Position numbers and translations under genes: made by a program. Positions 26,201 through 32,603 of a DNA stretch of 32,603 nt are shown here, piece by piece. The notes beneath the pieces were generated by a model. The model saw nothing but the letters and a program-made list of their open reading frames with translations. It searched no databases and was not told the DNA's origin. Each line of letters starts with the position of its first letter. Positions within the stretch are counted from its first letter, which is position 1. The DNA is from Paecilomyces variotii (taxonomy: Eukaryota), in the NCBI GenBank assembly GCA_004022145.1, contig RCNU01000037.1; one strand, given 5' to 3'.

Positions 26201-28340
26201 TATATAAACTAATGCGTTATTAGCTTAATAATCTAATTAGCTAAGGTTTTATAAGTTTAAACTTATAAGACTACCTAATAAATTAGAACTACAGAATATT
26301 AATATTAATAACTAGGTACTAAGTAATAGAAGATAGATATCTTATACGCTTATATCTTCTAGACTTTCTTAAGACTAGGAGGAAGAGGTTATAGAAGGCT
26401 TTCCTAAGAGTACTAATAACTAAATATTAAAGAATTAGAAGGCGAAGGCTATAGAAAGCTTCTTTAAGATAATTTTAAGGAATAATTATAAGAATATACC
26501 TATCTTAGACTATGCGCAAGAGACTATACTATATATACAGATTTAGATATTATCTTATATTAAGATCCCTGCGATAATAAAGTAAAAGAGAGAGATATAT
26601 AAGCTTATAGAGAACGAACAGAATATAAAGCTCTATAAAGCAATACTTGCTCTAAACCTTATTACTCTAGGAATTATCTTAAATAAAGAGGAGTATATAG
26701 ATTATATATTAAAAGCAGCTCTCGCTGCTAAAGAATATATTCTAATCTCTAACTTTTATACGGCCGCAGTTAATAATCTTATATAAAGTAAATTATAGAA
26801 AGAGGCTTTTAAAGCTAAGATAAATATACTATAAGTAAATAAAACTTTTAAAGTAATTATTCTATTAAAGGAAGCTAATATTATAATTAGCAGATAAGTA
26901 CTAGCTATAAAGTATAATCTAGATAATTTTCTATAAAAGCTAAAGGCCTATCTTATTACTTATAAATTTACCTAGAAGTATAAAATTAACTTTAAATATA
27001 CTTTTACTTTAACCCTGCGCTATAATACGCTATAGGTTTTCTTAGCTATAATAGCTATAGAAGACTATAAGTGCTATATAGTAAATATTAATAATGCCTT
27101 TATTAAGTTAATATTAAAGGAGAAGATTTATATAATAGCTTTACTTAAAATAAATATTTTACTAGGAATAATACTTAAAGTCTTAAAATCTCTATATAGT
27201 TTAAAGTAAGTAGCATAAGATTAAAACTACTCTTATATTAAAATACTGTAGAGAATAAGATTTATTTAAATAGATATAGACCTATGCTTACTATAATACC
27301 TAGAGAAAGAGATTTTAATCTTAGTATATATTAATAATATCTTAATCGGCTTAAAGTAAATAAAGTATATTAACTAGTTTAAATAAGAGTTTAGAATAGT
27401 ATATAAGATTAAGGACTTAGAAGAAGTAGATAAAATACTTAGTATTTAGATTATTTGCAATAAAGCGGAAAGAATATTAATTATAAGTTAATCTTACTAT
27501 ACTTAGAAAATCTTATCGAGATATAGAATAAATAAGGAGAAAGCTTACCCCGTTAGTATTCCGCTAAATAAGTATAATTATTTAAAATTAACTAGTCTAT
27601 AAGATAAAAGGGCTAACTAAAGAGAATATTAAAAGATTATTAAAGTACTTATTTACTTAGCGATTTTAATAAGACTAGATATTATATTTGCAGTAAGATA
27701 ATTAAGTTAATACTTATTTAATCTATTTAAAAGCTATTTTAAGCTATTAAAATCCTTAATAAGATACCTATAGTTAACTATATATTTAAGCCTCTAGTTC
27801 TATAAGAACTAAGATTAAAAACTTATAAGGTATTTTAATTTAAATTACGCGATAAATAAGATAGACTAAATATTAATTCTAAGAAATATTTTTACTATAG
27901 TAAGCTATTTAATTAATTAATTAAGTTAGAAATAGAAGTCTATTATAACTTTAATAATAGAGACTAAGTATATAGCTATATATTAAGCAATAAAGTAATT
28001 ATAATAGCTAGTATTACTTTTACGCGATATAGATTATAGTAAATATATTAGTTTAAACTAATATAAGCTAATTATAAAGGAAGAACTATTTTTTATAATA
28101 AGCTCTTTAATAAAACTCTTTAAGAATAATTAAGTATCGCTATTTTTAATTAGAGATACTTATACTTATAATAAATTAAACTATATTAATATTATATATT
28201 ACTATATATGTAATCTATACTAAAGAAATTAAATTAATATAGAATATATTAGGACTAAGAATATAATAGCTAATAGATTTATTAAACCGCTCTTAAAAAT
28301 AGGCTTCGCTAAGTTTATTAAGTAACTAAGACTTATTAAG
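23281..28340 (+). pseudogene. Copia gag-pol polyprotein (RIP-inactivated, split by solo LTR)
   Basis: De-RIP motifs: gag N-terminus LSKENHExWF (~23335), CCHC knuckle (23905-23943), WYIDSGAxSHM (~24250), LWHRRxGH (~24805), PYTSxQNGAVER (~25250), KARLVARGFTQ (~26945), LYGLKQ (~27195), LVYVDDI (27321), SDSDYA (~27835), STTEAEY (~27955), ADGFTKPL (~28270). Confidence 0.95.
25316..25747. mobile_element. Solo LTR (432 bp) inserted in the Copia integrase
   Basis: Starts TGTAA and ends ..AATA (RIP of AACA). Exact 5-bp TSD AACCT at 25311-25315 and 25748-25752. The integrase frame (..ERGT|xAMLKD) rejoins on removal. Confidence 0.88.
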
Positions 28341-28357
28341 ATAGTAAGTTTAGACTA

Positions 28358-28365
28358 AGGAGAAG
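28358..28365 (+). other. Copia polypurine tract
   Basis: aggagaag purine run immediately before the 3' LTR. Confidence 0.7.
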
Positions 28366-28666
28366 TATTACAATATAGCAGTTAAGACTAGTAGTTTATA
28401 GAGAGAATATATAAGAGATTCTCTTATAAGAGAATCTAGGATAATTATATATATAATTATAGAGAATAGTTAGCCTAATAAAAGAGTTCTTATATTAAGT
28501 ATATTAGCTTAAGAAGAGAACTTAATTAACTTAATATAATTAACTAACTATATTATAAAGATATATTAATATTAGTTTTACCTCTTATACTTTATCTTTA
28601 CTTTAAGTTATACTTTCCTTTAAAGCTAGTGTAAAAGTCGTTTTATATTCTCTATTCTTTTTAACT
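28366..28666 (+). repeat. Copia 3' LTR
   Basis: Direct repeat of 22722-23022, same length, differing almost only by transitions. Confidence 0.95.
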
Positions 28667-29081
28667 TATATCTTAATAATAAGCAGTTAATTTTAATAGG
28701 TTACTATTATATATTAAGCTAAAGTACTATAATAATATTAAAATATTTTTAAATTAAATTATATAAAGTAATAATTTAATCTATAAGCTAATTAATACTT
28801 ATAAATTAAGTTTAAGAAATATTTTAAAAGAGAATAAAGATTAAAAAATAGATTTAGCTAAATAATAAACTTATAGTAAAGAGAGTAAAAAGGAAATAAA
28901 ACCTAAGAATAAGCTTATATAATTAAAATACAGGTAGTAGTAATAGTATACTATTAGTATATAATTAGATTTTTAAATTTATTCTTTAATTTATATAATT
29001 AAAATATTATAATTAGATTTTAAGTTTATTTTTATATATATTTTATTATATATAATAATTATATAATAGTAATATATATAA

Positions 29082-29262
29082 GGTTTAAGCTAAACTTATA
29101 AACTTTTAAGTTTAGCTAAATGTTTTAGCTTAGCTAAATAAATTAAGCTAAACTTTTTAGCTTAGCTTAATAGGTTAAGCTAATATTTTTAATAAAACTT
29201 AAGAGTCTTAATAAGTTAAGCTAAATTAAGCTAAGCTATAACTTAACTTAATATTAATATTA
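29082..29262. mobile_element. Orphan hAT-like terminus with GAGCC-type subterminal repeats
   Basis: ttagcttagc / aagctaagct array like 5018-5181, ending acttaacttaatattaatatta (compatible with a ...CTA hAT end). Partner end not found. Confidence 0.5.
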
Positions 29263-29540
29263 GCTAATACTAGAAGCTAGCTTAAGATAATAATAATTAA
29301 ATAATATAATAAGTTATTATAATAGCCTTTAAAATACTTTTAATAATAATTAAGCCTTAAATAATTTTAATATACTACTAAAATAATATAGTATAGAGAA
29401 TAAAGAAGTTATTCTTCTATTAGCTATATAAGGAAGTAATTATATAGCTAAGTTATTACTTAAAGCTTTTATACTTTATACCTTTATTAAAGTAATAAGT
29501 AAGCGATACTAAAATAATATTATATACTATATTTATATTA

Positions 29541-29780
29541 TATAATAGCTTATTTTAATTTAATTTAATTTAATAAAAATTCTATAGCTAGTTTTAATAT
29601 TAATTACTTTATTTTATTTATTTTAATTTAATTCTTAAGTTTATACCTTAATAGCTTATTTATAATAGCTTATTTTAATTTAAATTAATTAAATTAAAGT
29701 TTTATAGCTAGTTTTAATATTAACTATTTTATTCTATTTATAGTAATCAAATTTCTAGGCTTATATTTTAACACTATATA
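29541..29780 (+). repeat. Two tandem ~120-bp units
   Basis: tataatagcttattttaatttaa starts at both 29541 and 29661, followed in each by tatagctagttttaatattaa. Confidence 0.85.
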
Positions 29781-30149
29781 GCTCTAACCTATTAGGGGGA
29801 ACGATTTAGTATGGGAAAAACGCACCTTGCCATTTTTCCCATACAAAGTGGGCCACTTTTTTTCGCCCACTGAGCATGCCACGAGGGACTTAGTCGTGAG
29901 CGCCGGTCGGGTGGGCCACCAACTGGCGAGCCGCCGCCCACCCGCCCGCAGCCCCCCCCCGGCCTGGATCCGGGCCCGCCGCAGGTTCAGAGCACGCGCT
30001 GTGCCTTATATTGGCCGGGGGAGGGGGTGGGAAGCGAGGAGGGAGGGGAATAGGCGGTGCACCGGGGATGGGGAAGAGAGATATATATTGGTGTACGGAC
30101 CGGTGGTGTGATATATATATATATGTATGGGGTGTATGTACACATGCAC

Positions 30150-30540
30150 CCCCCTTTCACTGCACCTACCCGGAACGGCCCCCCTCCGGGTAAGGCCTTT
30201 AACTGCACTTACCCGGAACGACCCCCCTTCCGGGTAAGACCTTTAACGGTACTTAACGGGAATGACCCCCCCCCGGGGGCGGCACGCCGACCGGTCACGT
30301 GACCTCGCCGGCCACGCCTGCACCGACTCCCTCCCGGTAAGACCTTTACCCGGAGCGACCCCCCGGGGCACCCCCCCCCCCCCCCCCCCCCCCCCTTTAA
30401 CGGTACTTACCCGGAACGACCCCCTTCCGGGTAAGACCTTTAACTGCAACTCCCCCTCCCCGGTAAGACCTTTACCCGGAGTGCCCCCCCCCCGGGGCTA
30501 GGGTTCCGGGGTCTCGCGCCCGGGAGCCCTTACCCGGCGG
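30150..30540. repeat. IGS subrepeat array A
   Basis: Recurrent modules CCCGGTAAGACCTTTA, TTTAACGGTACTTACCCGG and TTTAACTGCAC, with C-runs (C25 at 30371-30395). Confidence 0.9.
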
Positions 30541-31685
30541 GACGCCTGCGCCCCGGCCCCTCTGCCTGCCTGCGCCTCCGGCCTCCCCGCGAACGGTGCC
30601 GCCCAAGGCCGATTCCTCCCGTCCCATTGTCAACTGGCGGAGGCCCACTCCCCGCCAGTCTCTCTCTCCCCCCTCCCCGCGGCCAGGACCCCCAGCCGGC
30701 TGCCCCGGGGGCCCTCCCGCCCCGGGGGCTACTGCACGCAGCTCGCCCCCGGCCTCCCCGTACGGCCCAGTTACCGGCCGCCGGGGCACCTCCTTTCCTC
30801 CCTCTACGCTGCCGGGCTGCGATCGGGACCGACTGCGCTCCAGGGCCGGTCCACTGCCCGCCTGCCCTGAGACCGCCGGCTCCCTGCCCCCGGCCGTGGC
30901 GCCCGGCCACAGTTCCTTCCTCATAGACTCTCCGACCTCAATTGAGCTTGGATCCTGCGTGCAACGGTTCCCCTGTCCCAAAGTCGCTGCCGGGGAACGA
31001 TTTTGTATGGGAAAAACGCACCACATGGGCCATTTCCCCCCATACAAAGTGGGCCACTTTGTCCGCGCGGCCAAGGCCCTGGACCGAGTGGGCCAGCAAC
31101 TGGCCGATCCGGGGTCCCTGCAACGATGGAGTGTCCGGGGGTAGTGCCGGTAAGGACCACGCCTGCACCGATCCCCTCCCGGTAAGACCTTTACCGGGAA
31201 CGACCCCCCCGGGCACCCCCCCGGGGGTACCCCCTTTAACGGTACTTACCCGGAGCGACCCTCCCGGGGCACCCCCCTTTAACTGCACCGACCCCCTTCC
31301 GGGTAAGGCCTTTAACTGCACTTACCCGGAACGCCCCCCTCCCGGTAAAGGTCACGTGACCGTGCCGGCCTCTCCCTCCCGGTAAGACCTTTACCGGGAA
31401 CGACCCCCCCCGGGCACCCCCCCCTTTAACGGTACTTACCCGGAGCGACCCCCCCGGGGCACCCCCCTTTAACGGTACTTACCCGGAACGCCCCCCCCGG
31501 GCACCCCCCCTTTAACTGCACCGACCCCCTCCCGGTAGGACCTTTAGCTGCACTTACCCGGAACGCCCCCCTCCCGGTAAAGGTCACGTGACCGTGCCGG
31601 CCTCGCTGCACCGACCCTCTCCCGGTAAGACCTTTACCCGGAGCGACCCCCCCGGGGGCACCCCCCTTTAACGGTGCTTACCCGG
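30186..31685. promoter_or_regulatory. Cluster of Reb1-consensus sites (TTACCCGG / CCGGGTAA)
   Basis: 16 exact matches counted by eye: 30186, 30209, 30230, 30346, 30407, 30427, 30472, 30530, 31246, 31299, 31322, 31436, 31479, 31554, 31634, 31678. Confidence 0.55.
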
Positions 31686-31770
31686 AGCGACCCCCTTCCG
31701 GTAAAGATCACGTGACCGTGCCGGCCTCGCCGCAGCGACTCCCTCCCGGTAAGACCTTTAACGGCACCGC
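31145..31770. repeat. IGS subrepeat array B
   Basis: Same modules as array A, plus GGTCACGTGACCGTGCCGGCCTC recurring at 31350 and 31582 and as a variant at ~31706. Confidence 0.9.
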
Positions 31771-32144
31771 AGTCATGCCCGGGGTGAACACGACTGCCAC
31801 GTGACCTCCCGCGTACGGCCAGGCACGGGGGCAGAATCCAGCACGGTCCGCCGCCGGCCCCCCGGGGGCCTCACCTTTAACGGCACTGGCCCCCCTCCCG
31901 GCAAGACCACGCCTGCAGTGACCCCCCCGGGGGTCGGATCTTTACCGGCACTGCCCCCCGCCCCTCCCCCCCAGCGCTCACGACCGCGCCGGCCCCTCCA
32001 AGTCGCCGCGCCCGTCGCAGAAACACCAACTGGTTTCGTCCGGCGCACACGGTTCGCGACGCCGCTGCCGGCCCCGCGAACCTCCCGCTGGACCCCCCTC
32101 CAAACGCCCGGCGCTGCCGAACCCTTTGGTGGGGAGGTGTTACA

Positions 32145-32541
32145 ACAAATCGAGCCAAGGATCGGGCTGACGCTCAGCGACTCGTAACAACTAGGCTACT
32201 TGACCGCTTACACGACCCGCTTGGTCACTTCAGTCGTCTGCAGAGGATCTATCCCCGCGCGAGGTGACATTGCAATCCGCCAGCCAGCCCCCGGGGGTTT
32301 CTCCCCGGGGGCCGTCGCCAGCCTGCTGAGGTGCATGGCCCGAAGGCCTATTCGTATCCAACTACGACGTGCGGGGCGAAATCGCCGCGTTCCGGCACGG
32401 ATTCTGACTTAGAGGCGTTCAGCCATAATCCGGCAGATGGTAGCGTCGCGGCACTGCCTGGTCAGACAGCCGCAAAAACCAATTATCTGAATCAACGGTT
32501 CCTCTCGTACTAAATTGAATTACCGTTGCGGCGACCTTCAT

Positions 32542-32596
<55 letters not shown>

Positions 32597-32603
32597 ATTA
32601 GTG
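32145..32603 (-). rRNA. 28S (LSU) rRNA, 3' end (partial)
   Basis: Colinear with the fungal 25S/28S 3' end: sarcin-ricin loop AGTACGAGAGGAAC (reverse complement of ~32498-32511), GATTCTGACTTAGAGGCGTTCAG, and terminal ...GATTTGT at 32145. Confidence 0.98.

Larger units (their letters stand above)
22722..28666 (+). mobile_element. Full-length Ty1/Copia LTR retrotransposon relic
   Basis: Two 301-bp LTRs, 5-bp TSD TATAC/TATAT (one C>T change), PBS, PPT, and domain order gag-PR-IN-RT-RH. Confidence 0.96.
1..29794. other. RIP-degenerated AT-rich transposon block (probable heterochromatin flanking the rDNA array)
   Basis: Strong TpA excess with CpA/TpG and CpG depletion. Relic reading frames are interrupted almost only by TAA/TAG at expected Gln/Arg/Trp codons. 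The ORF track is essentially empty here. Confidence 0.95.
29795..32144 (-). other. rDNA 3' ETS / intergenic spacer of the terminal unit (truncated)
   Basis: GC-rich, subrepeat-rich DNA directly downstream of the 28S 3' end; no 18S or 5S follows before the AT-rich block. Confidence 0.9.

Noticed and set aside
29784-29799. Telomere-like ctaacc/ttaggg at the junction (also taaccctaa at 1862)
   Set aside because: Single units only, with no tandem array.
29795-32144. 5S rRNA gene within the spacer
   Set aside because: No 5S-like sequence seen, consistent with dispersed 5S genes in filamentous ascomycetes.
29827-32513. All ORF-track ORFs in the GC-rich part
   Set aside because: They are overlapping, low-complexity P/G/R-rich frames arising from GC-rich IGS subrepeats or antisense to 28S rRNA, with no coding evidence.

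Overview
Fungal (filamentous ascomycete, probably Eurotiomycete-like from the 28S 3' end) window at the downstream edge of an rDNA array. Bases 1-29794 are a very AT-rich stack of nested transposons heavily mutated by RIP (repeat-induced point mutation), with no intact genes. Motifs there were read by reverting C>T/G>A by eye. The stack contains: an unidentified minus-strand ORF relic; a + strand hAT (1950-5181); a + strand Ty3/Gypsy element whose protease is split by an 8.9 kb minus-strand hAT (5256-14127, perfect 8-bp TSD); a complete Ty1/Copia element (22722-28666, 301-bp LTRs) with a solo LTR in its integrase; a third hAT end; and a 120-bp repeat. At ~29795 the sequence switches abruptly to unmutated GC-rich rDNA intergenic spacer rich in Reb1-type sites, followed by the 3' end of 28S rRNA on the minus strand. 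The most unusual signals are: (i) the 8.9 kb hAT carries a second large multi-intron gene and is studded with a TAACTTAAGTTA palindrome that, where checked, lies in its introns and non-coding DNA; (ii) the Gypsy is followed by an ~830-codon extra ORF at the env position.
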